Below, piece by piece: positions 1-16,700 of a DNA stretch of 64,000 nt (positions are counted from its first letter, which is position 1; each line of letters starts with the position of its first letter). The notes under the pieces are model-generated. The model did not search any database, was not told the DNA's origin, and saw nothing but the letters and a program-made list of their open reading frames with translations. The position numbers and the translations under genes were made by a program. This DNA comes from Catajapyx aquilonaris (taxonomy: Eukaryota). Location: assembly GCA_000934665.2 (NCBI GenBank), contig JYFJ02001139.1, positions 1-64,000 on the forward strand. The letters are read 5' to 3'.

Positions 1-1253
1 GTTAAAATCACGCAGGTGAAATCTGCATACTTCTGCCATAAATGACCCAAAAGAACACTGAATTAATTTCACAGGTATGACCTTCAAAGCCCCTTTTCCT
101 CAAAACTGGTCTCGCGTGGGTTGACGCATTATTGCATAACACCGTCCAATTATCAAAATAATACAGTAGGTACCCGTTTTACACCCCTCCATTTTACGCC
201 GTTCCACATTAACGCCGGTTTGAAAATGAAAAAAATAAAAAATAATAAAAAATAATAAAAATTTTAAATTGAAAAATTGTGATAACGTGGAAATTATGAT
301 AGCCTGCTGATTGTGAAACGGCAAAGAAAGATTTCCCATGAGGGAAGTACCCGTTTTACGCAGCTCCAGTTTACCCCTTTTCGCATTAACCCCGTTTTTA
401 AAATTACATTTGAAAATTTTGTATCAGAATTATATAAAAAAAATGATGACAACACAATCTGAACATGAAGGCATCACTCCACACTTCTGAGACCAAACAC
501 ACGAACGTATACCTGCTCTTCTTTCCTCTGTGTTTCCTGGTGCCTTGTGGCAGGTTCTATCAACACGCACTGTACAGTACTGTATTGTTCGGTATTGTTG
601 ATCTCGGCACTCCCCTAAGTACTCCAACCGCGTTCATTGTTACAATACCCTACTCTTATACTGCAATTATATTATTCTTGACAACCTGCCCTTGTTCTAT
701 TGTTTTCATTGTTGAATATGCAATGTTTGATTATTGTAGAACATGAGTGAGAGAGGCATATCCATCATTTGGGCTTGTTGACAGCCAGGGTTGCCAGGCA
801 ATTGCTTAATCTGCTGAAAACCCCCCTTAGACTCAAAAAAGTTCGGGTTTGGGACTTTTTGCGGGGTCAGTGATAGGTAAGACATGGCTCTGAGAAATTT
901 GAGCGCTCTCCGTGCCCGGGAAGTGGCTTAATTAGGCGTGACATACATACATTTATTAATACGTACAAATTTTGAGCTTTATATATATGGGGATTTGCGG
1001 TAAATTCGAAATTGAAATTATTTTATTCGCACTTTACAAGATTTGTTTTCTTAGCCTTGAATCCCCATCGTAACTTCCTTCATATTGGCCCTCCCATTGA
1101 CCAGTCATTGCTAGTGACGTAAATATTAAATAACCCTTACGCACATCGAACAATTCGATCCAAAGTCATTGCACGACCAGTCTTCGTACAAAGTGCATCG
1201 GAGGTCCCTTCCTCATTGAAGGTTAGTGGTACTTGTTACATCGTCACAACAAG

Positions 1254-1505
1254 GAAGTCGCAATGGTCGACTTTTACTATATGGCCTGGAGTCTGGAGGA
1301 GAGTCTGGAGCTCCTGGAAGGGTTTTTGTCCAGCTCTGATTGGGCTGCTGGACACCAGATGACCCAGGTTGACCTCTCCTTGTCCGCCACCGTGTCAACA
1401 ATGGAAGGCCTGGGAATCGACCTGTCTCCATACAAGCTGGTGTCCGAGTGGTACAGTAACAACAATATGTGGCGAGCCAATCAGAAGCTTGACGCAGGTG
1501 ACTGA
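1254..1505 (+). pseudogene. Glutathione S-transferase (delta/epsilon-like) C-terminal fragment; probably truncated or a pseudogene
   Basis: Translation LEESLELLEGFLSSSDWAAGHQMTQVDLSLSATVSTMEGLGIDLSPYKLVSEWY resembles the arthropod delta/epsilon GST C-terminal consensus (LExFL..xxAGxxLTIADxxxxATVS....DLSxYPxVxxWY). No N-terminal thioredoxin-like GST domain was found upstream in the window. Confidence 0.65.
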
Positions 1506-1833
1506 ACCTGTTGACCTCAGGGGTATAGTAAGCACTTAACAACTTCTGGAACATAACTTCTGGAACCTTCACCCCCAAAGAGCCATCGCATGTGTTGGAA
1601 CGGAGATGCCCATCCTATGCACTTCCGATGACATGAACGACCACACCTTCTGACTGAAAAAAAAACTCATATTGTAAGCACAGGAAGTCATACATTGTTG
1701 TTGAATTTATGGCCCATTTGGCGTGCAATCTGGATAATGGTAAAGATGGGGTGGTTCTCACACCTGATAACAATCGAGGGTCTGCCTTATATTTTCATCA
1801 CCCTTTGAACACCACTTCATTGCGATCCAAGAT

Positions 1834-2546
1834 ATGGTGATGAAACCAGCCATGTTGTCGATTGTTGCTGGATGTCTTTTTGTCATCTTTGTGGTAAGAT
1901 CCACACTGTCTGAACACTATTAAGATATAATGATTTTAATATTCACAGGGGCAATGTTCAGCTGAATGCATATTGCCACCTAAGGACAATCCTCTTATGG
2001 TGGCTACCCTGGAATGCAGTAAGGAATATGGGAAGAACCACTTGGTTAGTTAGTACATATTGTTAAACTTATAATAATTATCTTTAATTGATTCTTCCCA
2101 TTGCAGTGCGTCTTGCAGTGCCTTCTTCTAAGAACAGGACTGGTAAGTATACCAACAATATGGGAATACCATTGTTGCAGTGTGTTCGCCTCATTCTAGG
2201 TCACTAAAGAGGGCACGATTGACTTAGAGAAAGGTCTTGAGATGTGGGAAACCATTGAGGAAGGCGACCTGAAGGATGGATTCAGATTGATGGGCTTCAA
2301 ATGCATGAAAGACAGTAAGTGTCGCAGTAAAAGCCAATAACATGCTTAATCATACATCATTGTTGCAGTGAGCATCAAATTCGAAATCAGAGACGATTGC
2401 AAAGGATTCTTGAAAATTGCCAAGTGTGGACTTAAATATCTCAAGCAGGTCAGTGATGGCTAATTGTTGTATATGTTGGATAACACCATTAATGTGCTGT
2501 TAATTTTCAGAGATGCCCAGAATTTACACACATTGCAGAATTCTAA
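1834..2546 (+). CDS. Secreted odorant-binding-protein (OBP)-like protein, 140 aa, 6 exons
   Basis: Exons 1834-1893, 1949-2044, 2107-2142, 2200-2314, 2369-2448 and 2511-2546 are joined by GT-AG introns in one frame: MVMKPAMLSIVAGCLFVIFVGQCSAECILPPKDNPLMVATLECSKEYGKNHLCVLQCLLLRTGLVTKEGTIDLEKGLEMWETIEEGDLKDGFRLMGFKCMKDMSIKFEIRDDCKGFLKIAKCGLKYLKQRCPEFTHIAEF*. It has a signal peptide, Cys spacing C-X3-C-X41-C-X13-C-X8-C-X8-CP, and ATTAAA near 2582. Confidence 0.75.
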
Positions 2547-2898
2547 CAGGACTCACTTATCATAACAATCATATGTAGTTAATTAAAGTAGTTTATTGCT
2601 GTTTATTTGTGTCCTTTACTACCTTGCTCAACTAAAGTCCAATTAGAGACGCGCTAACAGTCAATTTTACGTCAAGTTTATTGTTACAAAGAGTGATTTA
2701 CGTCCCTCCAATTGTATGCATACTTATAAATCACCACGACACTTAAGACCTCACGCATCTACACGGAAATGGTCATCAGCAAACGCCTACTGGTCACACG
2801 TCACCTTTCATGCCACTTCCGGAAGAAAGGTTACAACAACAATGAAAACTGGCTATTAATAAGGAAGGCCCTTTCAACAATATGATTCAACTTGCATC

Positions 2899-5211
2899 CT
2901 ATTTCAGCACTATTCTTAACATTCCCTCTCATTCAGAATGACTTTATAGGTGTTGGCTTGTCTGCCAAATGTCACGTGTCCTTCAGCCACTGGGTGCTCA
3001 CCGGGTGGGGTGTCAAAGGTGAATTTCTGCACAAGTCCGGTCAGAAAGAGGAAGATTTCTGCACGTGCCAGGGGTTCACCAAGACACTGCCGTTTGCCTG
3101 AAATAAAACCGGTTTTAAATTCGGCATGGTGTTAAGACATTATTAAGACAGTACTGAGTCAGCACTGACCCAGTACTGACTGTAAGATGTCATACCGGTT
3201 CCAAATGGCATGCAAGCTTCAACACGCTTCAGCTGTCCATCTGAAGTCAAGAAACGTTCAGGTCGAAATTCCTCAGGGTTGTCCCAGTACTTCTCATCAC
3301 GATGGATTGCGTACAAGTTAGGGATGATTGTTGTTCCTTTAGGTATGCGGTAACCATACAGCACTGAAATTAACTTGTAAGTATCAGTTGTACACATAAA
3401 ACCAGTTTGATTTACCCGTGTCTTGAGTCGTAGCATGGAACACTGAGAATACAATCAAAGAGCTGTGTCGAAGTGTCTCCATAATAAATGCTTCCACATA
3501 TGGCATGTTAGCTCTATCTTTCAGTGTAGGGTCACGATGTCCAACAACCTCATCCACCTCCTTCTGAATCTTCTTCTGAACTTCCGGATACAAGATAAGG
3601 AACAGGAAGGCCCAATACAGGGTGCTGCTTGGAGTCTCCCATCCGGCCAGAAACAGATCAGTCATCACCATCAGCAAAGTCCGCTCTGAAATAATTAGTG
3701 TGAGTAACAGTTTGTAAGTTAACATGGTCACAATAACATACCACCAGTTTTCCCATAGAAGCTAGAGTCATGTTGTGTCGTGATCTGAATCTCCTTCAGG
3801 AACATGTCCATGAAGTCAAGAGGATTGTCATCTACCAGTGACTTCCTGTGTTTGTCAATAGACTCCTGTAAAGTGTCAGAATTGTTTTACTCTATCTTCA
3901 AACCTAAGTTTGTACAGTTCTGATACAGTACTGACTGGGAGACAGTACTGAAAGAGTACTGACTCAGTACACTGACTGTAAGACTGTACTGAAACAGTAC
4001 TGACTGTGAGACTGTACTGAAACAGTACTGACTGTGAGACAGTACATTACTCCTATGACTGTACAGTAGAAGTTGGAACAATTTTTAACACGCACCTTAC
4101 ACATGTCCTCCATCCGTTTCAATAACTCTTCAAACTTGTCAATACCAAACAACTTAGGGAATGTACTCATCAGCCAGTAAAAGTACAAATCAGGATTCAA
4201 CGTGATGTTTTCCCCTTCGAAAGCCCTGAGGACACAAACACATAAAATACAGTTGATTACCACACTTACGTCATACTTACACAAAGATGTCATCGAGCAA
4301 CTTTTTTATCTTCGGATCCTCGCAATTAAATTTGTCCCCAGTGACAGCCACCCAGAGGGTGTTAATCACTGCATGGTGGAACTTGAAATGCAAATCGACC
4401 GGTTTTCCCACCTCTTTCCTATACAAACATAAAAATGAGTCAGGGACAAAGGTCACGGTCATATGCACAAACCTTAAAGACTCTGCCAGCTCCTTCACAT
4501 GCACCATAACAGATTCCTCCATGTTCCTCTTACCGAAATCAAATTCCTTCAAATGTCTCATTGCAAATTTACGTTGTTCTTGCCAATAGTTTCCTTCAGA
4601 AAATATGAGTCCTTCCTTCTTACCGCCGGTACGTGACAGAAACAACGGAAAGTTTGGTCTGCCAACGAACGCGTCTTCTTTTAGCGCATCACGTAAGATG
4701 TCCGCATCGTTGATCACCACAACCCTACAGGTGCAGTAAGATTAATATTTTATTGCTACTATTTAGATAGTGATACGTACCATTTTCTTCCGATTCTGAC
4801 ACCCACTACTGGCCCATGCTTCTTCGATAGTTGTTGAAACGTGATGTGCGGATTCTTGAGAAGAAAGGGCATGTACCCAAGTATGGGGAACCCCGCAGGA
4901 CCTGTACCACAATAGAAAATAATTGTAGCATACCTGAAGCTCAAACTAGCCTCCAAGAGAGGCGCTCCTACTTCTTCATCACAAATTGTGACGGCCTCCA
5001 CCAGAGGCGCTCACAAACTTAGTGGACAGCGCGCCACAGTGCCCCCCTCACAATTTGAACGCCTCTCTTGGAGGCTAATTTGAGCTTCATATCTGCCACC
5101 TTACTCATTTCCATATATACCGTACTTACCAGGCGGAAATCCATCAGGTTTCTCTCGTAAATAGGCCCATAGTAGGATGACAGCAACGAACAATAGTACT
5201 TCAACTATCAT
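2899..5211 (-). CDS. Cytochrome P450, CYP2 clan, multi-exon
   Basis: N-terminal anchor [18 protein letters not shown] followed by [13 protein letters not shown]-helix WQEQRKF; I-helix AGWET; K-helix ETLR; PERF; heme motif [12 protein letters not shown]. All introns traced are GT-AG; stop TAG at 2899-2901. Confidence 0.95.
3925..4050. repeat. Intronic minisatellite built from CAGTACTGA(C/A) units; a related short copy lies at about 3148-3185
   Basis: Repeated cagtactgactg / cagtactgaaa units occur in two different CYP introns. Confidence 0.7.
4925..5106. mobile_element. MITE family A (TIR consensus GGAGTAAGGTAGCAGACCTGAAGCTCAAA), copy in the CYP intron
   Basis: Inverted ends gtagcatacctgaagctcaaactagcctccaagagaggcg ... 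cgcctctcttggaggctaatttgagcttcatatctgccaccttactc. Related copies lie at 32073-32188, 35737-35845, 45311-45410 and 47560-48046. Confidence 0.85.
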
Positions 5212-6089
5212 GGCCACTGTTTGTACTGAGTGTGACTAGTTGTTGGTGCAATACTTCCTTATGTGTCAGGATTAGTCTCGGCTTATTTACGATCTGTGGA
5301 TTATTCCAGGGCGATAATGGCCTCAGCGGGAAATTAGTCAACAGGATGTAATTACTAGGAGGAAACTGAAAAGGGATGTAACGACTATTTAATGAATTAG
5401 TCATTAGGAAAAATTATGAAAAATTGTTTGAACACATGCATGTAGGCCTAATTATCAACATATGATATATGACATGCATGACACTTGTTGATTGCCTTAT
5501 CTCATATCCGTGACTGTACTTACCCGATATGATCCGTACCTACTCGCAATGACCGTGTGTCTGGCTTCAAGTTGAACAAGTGCAAATTCTTCAAGGTTGT
5601 ACCATAAACAAGTTTTAGTATGGAAAAAAAAACTGGTTAGGCAAATACACACAGTCACGGAATACTACATCAGGTCTCATTCTTTTCTTAGCAAGCCTTT
5701 AGAGTGAGTGACCTCCCCGGAATTTCCTGTACAGTACTAATTAGGCTCTAATTAATTAATTAACCACATACCGTATCCACGTACTGTATTTTACCAGCTT
5801 TTTACGGCCCTAAGCAGCTTTAAGCATGTTTGAACTGCTTCGCTTCATTCGGCCCCCCGTTTTTTTTAAAAAGAAAAAGGCGGTTCGGATCGATGGCAAA
5901 TGTTGACCATGCGCCGTTTGCACTACTGGCGTCGCAGGAACACGGAAAGTGGAGGTCGATGGTCCGCAGCTGGGTGAAGGACACCACCCAGCCACCCACA
6001 GCCTGGCTGCAAAAGTGGGTCAAGGCAACATCCACACTGTTTGATGCTGATGCACACTGCAGCACAGCAGGACTGCCCATCGCAGCACC

Positions 6090-7415
6090 ATGGCAGACCA
6101 CAGGAGCGTGGACGAGGTACGTACAACCACCACAACAACATGCTGTGTACATGCCACTAACCATGTACATCCGCAGAGCCTTAAGAAGCTGTTCGAGGCA
6201 TGCAACCTGGGAGACATGGACGAGGTGAAGAAGTCCGTGGTGCGGTATGGGATTGGGCCGGTGATGGATGCGGAGGACTGCTATGGGGACACGGCCATGC
6301 ACATGGTGTCTGGGGGAGGGCAGGTGGAGGTTGCGAGGTACCTGGTCGTGCAGATGCTGGACCGGAAGGGGTTCGGAGGGAGGACTCCGCTGCATCAGGC
6401 TGCCAGGAACGGGCACTGCGAGATGGCCGAGTTCCTGCTGCAGAACGGGGCCAACTCAAGGGCGCTGGATAAGGACGGGAGGACTCCGCTGGACATGGCG
6501 CACAAGCGGGGGCATCTCACGGTCGCAAAGGCCATCCAGAGACATGAGCAGGCTGGAAAGAGCAAGTGTGGGCATGGCAACAATCAGGTATGGTCCACTC
6601 AACATGGATCGCACTTACTGTAAGTCTAATCGTGTACGTTAATCATGCAGGTGAGCAAAGGACAGAGGGACCACTACCATATTGGCAAGTCTGTGTCTCC
6701 ATTAGCGGAAAAGCCGTACACAATGGAGGATCCTAAGCTTCAGGTATGTGTACACCAAAGATGAACTTGAACCGTAATCACACGTTTCCATTGATGTGCC
6801 CAGATTGAGAGGGAGTTCTTGGAGGCCTGCTTAGCGGGTCATCTGCGAAAGGTGACGGAGATGATTGACGATGGGACGGTGGACATTTGCGAGGCTATGG
6901 ACGTATGCAACAGGGAGACTGCCATTCACAAGGCGGCTGAAGGAGGGCATGTAGATGTGGTCTCCTACCTGCTGCAGAGGGGCTTCGACGTGGACGCCAA
7001 GAGCTGGAACATGTACACGCCGCTTCACCTGGCCGCTGAATTTGGCAACGCCACAACTTGCGCCACGCTGATCAACAACGGAGCCCAGGTGGACATCCGG
7101 GAGTGCAATGGCCGCAGTCCCATCCACCTGGCCTTGATGAGGGGTCACGTGGACGTGGTCAGACTCCTGCTGGAGAAGGGCCCCAAGGCAGAAGTGCAGG
7201 GTCCAAACGGGATGAGCTACCTGCACTGCGCAGCTCAAGGAGGCCACTTCCACATTGTCCGATACCTGCTGGAGAGAGGGGCTGACCCCCTCCGCAGGGA
7301 CGGCCACGGCCACACCGCCAGTCGAGTGGCCAGTGACAATGGACACACCAAAGTGGCGGCCTTCCTGCAGGAAGAGGAGGATCGCAGGGCCGAGCACGGA
7401 ACAATCTCGGTGTAA
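6090..7415 (+). CDS. Ankyrin-repeat protein, multi-exon; 5' end uncertain
   Basis: Multiple ankyrin repeats (GDTAMH, GRTPLHQAA, GRTPLDMA, ETAIHKAA, YTPLHLAA, GRSPIHLA). Exons at about 6090-6116, 6177-6587, 6651-6743 and 6804-7415 join in frame; an upstream in-frame exon near 5938-6015 is possible. Confidence 0.85.
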
Positions 7416-8495
7416 GCTGGGGTCACTCAAAGCCCTCCAATTTTACAAATTGTTATTACACAAGCTAGTGGTGCAGGGAGGTCCATTAGTTTTGCTTATT
7501 GCTCCTGGGTAGCACTAGTCCAAAGCGGAGATGCATGTAGGGAGCGCAGTTCTCAAAAAAAAAAGGTTCATGAAATAGCGAGTAGTGTTAGGATATTACG
7601 ATGCGACTCATACGCAATAAGAAAGTAACTTTTGGGAATCCCTGCCTGCACTGCCCTTCCTTTCACGGATAAAATTTCTTTTTAAAAAGTAGATATTTTC
7701 TGCCATGAATCACACGTAGCGACAGGCCAAGTTTTTGATCCGCATGAATTCCGCTTAAATTCACTGCGCCTTCTCTCCCTTGAAGCCTGGCCGCACTTTA
7801 ATGGGCCACTTATAGGTGAGCCCATGGAGGCTACTAACCCTGGAAAATGTCCAAACTTGGCTTAATTCTACCAGCCTCGTTAAAGTATATAAAAAACCAG
7901 AACTTGTGTGCTCTAAGTCAAAATATTTTTATGACAACTGATTTTTTGAGTGTGTTCAATTGACTCCGGATTAAATAAAAGTTTAGCTCATCGTACTGTC
8001 GGGACTGAATAAGCCACTCGTTTGCTCATGCTGTAAATGAAATGTCGTTACTTATAGGACATACCGCTCAGATGTTATTAATTTAATCGTAGCAATTGCT
8101 TCCACTTGTTCATCCATTTGCGACAACCTCATTGCGTCGCAACCTGTATATTATTCGAATGGTGCTTAATTGTTTTGCACGTACCGCACTCATCAGCACA
8201 TTTTGGTCAGTCATCCTGTCCATGTTTACAGTATTTAAATTGCTCATATTTTGCTTTGTACAATTGTGTTTGAAAATAAAGTCATATTGAGAGCATGCTG
8301 TGGCTTTCATTTGGAAGGTCAGGATCGACGTGTACTACTCAGGATCGTTTGTTCGACCTTGAACGTTCCCTTATTGTTCGGCCTTGAACGTTCCCTTGTC
8401 TGAACCACCGAATTGGCGGCCAGATGGGAACGGACTGGCCAAACGGCTGGATTTGTTGCCTAGCTGGAAGACTCTTCCAGCCGTTCCAGGACACC

Positions 8496-12376
<3,881 letters not shown>

Positions 12377-13755
12377 GGCTCTTACAATTAATATATACAT
12401 TTCAATCATGTTTTGTTCGGCCTAGTTGTGATTATTTATATTTTTTGACCTCTTATACAATATCTTGCATCAGCACACTGACGGTGTGGCATGCAATTTG
12501 TAATCACGTGTCAGACCTTTTCGTCCCATTAAACAACTTGGATTTTGTTACTACAGCAGTTTCATTGTGAAGCCGTGTACGACCTAGGAAAAATGTGGCA
12601 GATTTTAATACTACCATTCGTGGCTTCAGGACCCACGTGAGAAACATTTCAGTTGCCGGGGTCAGAAGTGGTTCCGCAAACTGCATATGGCATCTATTTA
12701 GCCACAGTTAGTCGACGACAATCCCCTCGATAAGATTCTCCCAAAAAAAGTGTATCAAGTAGAAATGTAATTTTTATCCAGAACTTTTCGAGTACACTTG
12801 CGAATGGTTCATGTTGCTAATTTTCATATTCTAATGTTCTCGACAAAAAGTACACAATTACATAAATTAAGTTTTTTAATGACAAGAACCTAAATTGCAT
12901 TGGGATAATGACTACAAATAATGATCTATAAAGTACAGGTAGCTGATTTCAATGGCCTCTCAACATTTTACTACTTGTTGGCAGTATGTTTACAATGGTT
13001 AACACTTAAACATAGTCTGATTAACCATTTTAACTACTGAATTTAAGATTATAAAATGTAGTCATTGTTACTTACACCCCGATGACATCAAGTTGGAAAC
13101 AATGGGAGCTGAAAATCTTGCCATTACATTCAACACGGCCAGGTTGCCTCGGGTACTTACGCTAATATGCAACTGCCCTATTTACAACGCTCTATATCTT
13201 AAAACGCAAAAATTGCAGCTGCACAGTTGATCATGACGCAATATATAATGCAGATAAACATCACTTCCTACAACACAATTACACCAGTAAAAAAAAACAT
13301 CATAATAATCCTTCGCAGCTCTTGAGCAAATCGCTGAAAATGCAGGTTGCACTGACCACCTGCATGGGTTGCATTACAGGATTACAGTTCATAGTTTTAT
13401 TCATTTTGTACAAAAGGGGGGGGGGGGGTGGATGATAAGTGTGATTATGGCAGTTAAGATGAAAGTAGGTAAAATGCTGCGCAATAATAAAATAGGTGGG
13501 GCCCGTACATGCGAGGTACTAGCTGTGAAGCACAGGTCTTTTTAAAAAAGAGTTTTGAGGATTCATACGTAATGATCTTGCCTAATGCTTACTTCGACTG
13601 GATTGGTGGAGAATGTTTAAAAAATTAATTACATCCGGATGGGATAATCCTACAACTCTCTGCATAATGTAAAAAGAGTGGCGGAAAAAAAACAACTGAC
13701 AGCCTACAAATCTTTAGCAAAAATAATCAGGTCTCCACGACTGGGGGCATGGTTC

Positions 13756-16700
13756 TTAAGAGTAGAAAGTGAGCACCGACTGCTGGTTTCCTCTGACCAG
13801 CAGGAAGGGAGGCAGGTCTCGGGTCATGACCTCCATCCAGGCCTGGTACAGCGGGGCCGTGGCTGATCCCTTCCGGGGCATCGGCAGCGTCCTGATGGAT
13901 TAAAAAGTGACGGTGGGTTAACACGCAGGTATCCAGAATAGATCACTTTTCTTAACGATGATTAATTCTGTTTCAGGCACTTACATGACAACAAGAGTGG
14001 AGTTGCTGGAATGCTCCAGAAGCAGTTCTCTAAGACGTAGATGGCGATTCGTCTTTTCCTTATGGGCCATGAGCTCATCGTCGGTCAGGATGACCTCTGC
14101 AGGTACAAATTTACCATTTACTAATTGCATGTTCCGTATGAACCGAAGTATGGTCTTACCTGGATCTACTTCATTGGGATGGTTGTCTCTGTACTCCTTG
14201 ACGAGGCTGTCGAAAAAGGCCCTGGTGCTGTCCTGTGGTGGCTTGGTAACATCTGGGATTATCGTCAAATCCGAGTAATCAATTCGGAACTTGGCCAGCA
14301 AGCTCGCCATGCTGAAATGTCCCATGTCAATTAACACCCTGCGTTTCCAATATTTCAGACGCTTGCGACAAACCTGCGGTGCTCCATCTCCAATTCGTCC
14401 ATTTTGTTAGCCAGGGCGAATACACGCAGCTTGCACTTGGACCAGCTCGTTCTAGTGCTGATCACAAATGGAAGCAGAAGAGTGAGACCTCCATCGTCAT
14501 ACAGCCACCAGACGTCAATGGCTCCATCCTTGTGCTTGCGTTGGAACTGGGTCAGGTTGTTCACCACTTCTTTGGGCAGCTCGGTTCCACCTGGGCCTCT
14601 GAAACAGGTGATGCGACTATGAAATTTTGTTTCTTCACATTAATACTGAGCGTGAAACAACATGTACCAAAAATCGTACTAATTACAGTGCTGTAACACC
14701 AATGTGTGTCCTGGGTTGTCCATAAAGCATGCCATGTGTTTTTGGCTTTTTTGACATCAGTCACACTGGGCCAAACTTTCCAGATCCCAAGTGACAGTCT
14801 CTTATTAAACTGACTTCGATTCCCATCAACATGTCATGCTTTATGCATGACCCTGTATCCGTGCAAGCTAGAGGATTCCAGTCCGAAAGAGTTCAGATAA
14901 CTATTTTGATATCCCAGGGACTAGTAAGTGCGCAACAACACGTGTTAGTCAGGCCTCGTAGTACAACACAGGTGGAAGTACATACAGACGTAAACACCAG
15001 TTGTGCCATGTGCGTATTAGTCTCACGCCCACAAAACTATTACAATCAGCTGCAAACCCCAGACTGTCCGACATGTTATGCAGTAATTTTTTTTGTTGTG
15101 GTATTAGTAACCCAGACACCACCAGCGACTACCAAACGACCAATTCCTCTTCACTTACTCTTCGTCGGACTCGTCCCAATAGCGCCATATACCAGGAACG
15201 AGGATTGCCAATTTCTCCCATGCAATTTTCCTCCAGTTACTGCAGCAAATTGTGTAAGCAAGTTCTTTTATCACATTTTTTTTGTAATCGGAAAATTTAG
15301 TGGTCTAATTAAGATTACCCTAATTCAGCTGGCATTTTAAAATGAACATTTACAAAATAATTCAAACGTAGTTTACATTAACTGATAATCGCTCAAAATT
15401 TTGTTACTGTTGGCACAAGTAATCTCTACATGCTTCGTGTGTCCCTCTCACCTGTAAACACGCTCTGGCTTTGCATCGGCCTCGGCCTCGGGATCAGCCT
15501 CTTTCTTCTTACTCCTGTCTCGCTTCCTGGTGGGACGCCCTTTCTTCCCCTTGTCGTCCGGATTAGGCGAATCGCTGACGTGGTTGTTTCGTTCAATGTC
15601 AGGCGTTCCAGGGGGAGACGATTCGGAGCTACTTCCTGCAAGATGCCGCAAACAATCAATCAACTGTTCTGCCACACCTTCACCATTTGCTGCGACAACC
15701 AGCGCGAGTTTTCAACCATCAGCTGGTAAGTAGATACACTTTCTAATTGCAATGCACCCCAAGAAATGAAAAATACTACTTGGCCTCATCCTCATCTTAA
15801 GCAATTGACACAAACAAGTGTGGGTGATACAGTAGGCGCGCAACAAGAACATTGTGCAACGCTTGGAAGTAACCAATTTGTGACTCGGATAATAATATGC
15901 AGGCATGAATCACTTTTATCCCCATGTAAAAGCACTTACGGGATGTGCTCTCATTCGGAACAATTGTTACAGGTCATGATGCAACAGAGAGTGCAGTTTG
16001 ATAACGCAATGTTTTTCTTGTAAGTTTACATACCCAGTAATTAGGCACAAACAGCAAACGTATAATTGTTTACAGTGGGTGCAAAGTGCAGTGCATTTAT
16101 CTTCGCTTACTGGTAGTGAGCACCTGATTGCTTTGTAACACATGTATACACAGATATGGCTGCATATTTCAGACAAGTTATGTATATCTTCGCTCTCCTT
16201 GGCATACTTTTTATCAACTAGTCTTATATTGTGAATCAAGTAAATAAATTGCGGAGACACAATTCAACGAATAACGTGAACAATTCAAACGCACCTTGTG
16301 AAATCTGCGAGAAGGACTGGTTCCTGGGGAGGGTGTCCTGCGATCCTTCATTCGTGGCAATGAGATGAGCCGCAATGGCCTTGTCGTCCTCCTCGGAATA
16401 CACTTTGGAGTAATCCAGCCCTTCTTTCACACGAAGGATGGTTACAGCCAGGTGACGATCAAAAGCCTTGCTGCAAAGCGTTTCAAGTGTCAGTTAAGCA
16501 ACAAGTCCAATGTGCATGCAATATTTACGTCATGATTCGACCAAATAATTGCAGAAACCCCAAATGCAATGCACTAACTGTATGATGCTATAGTAGCCCA
16601 GCAGTTGCTCCGAGTCGCACGTCCTCCAATCAGACTTGTAGCCCAACATGACGATATTTGGCTTCATCTTGCCCAAACCGCATGCCTGGAGAAGAGCATT

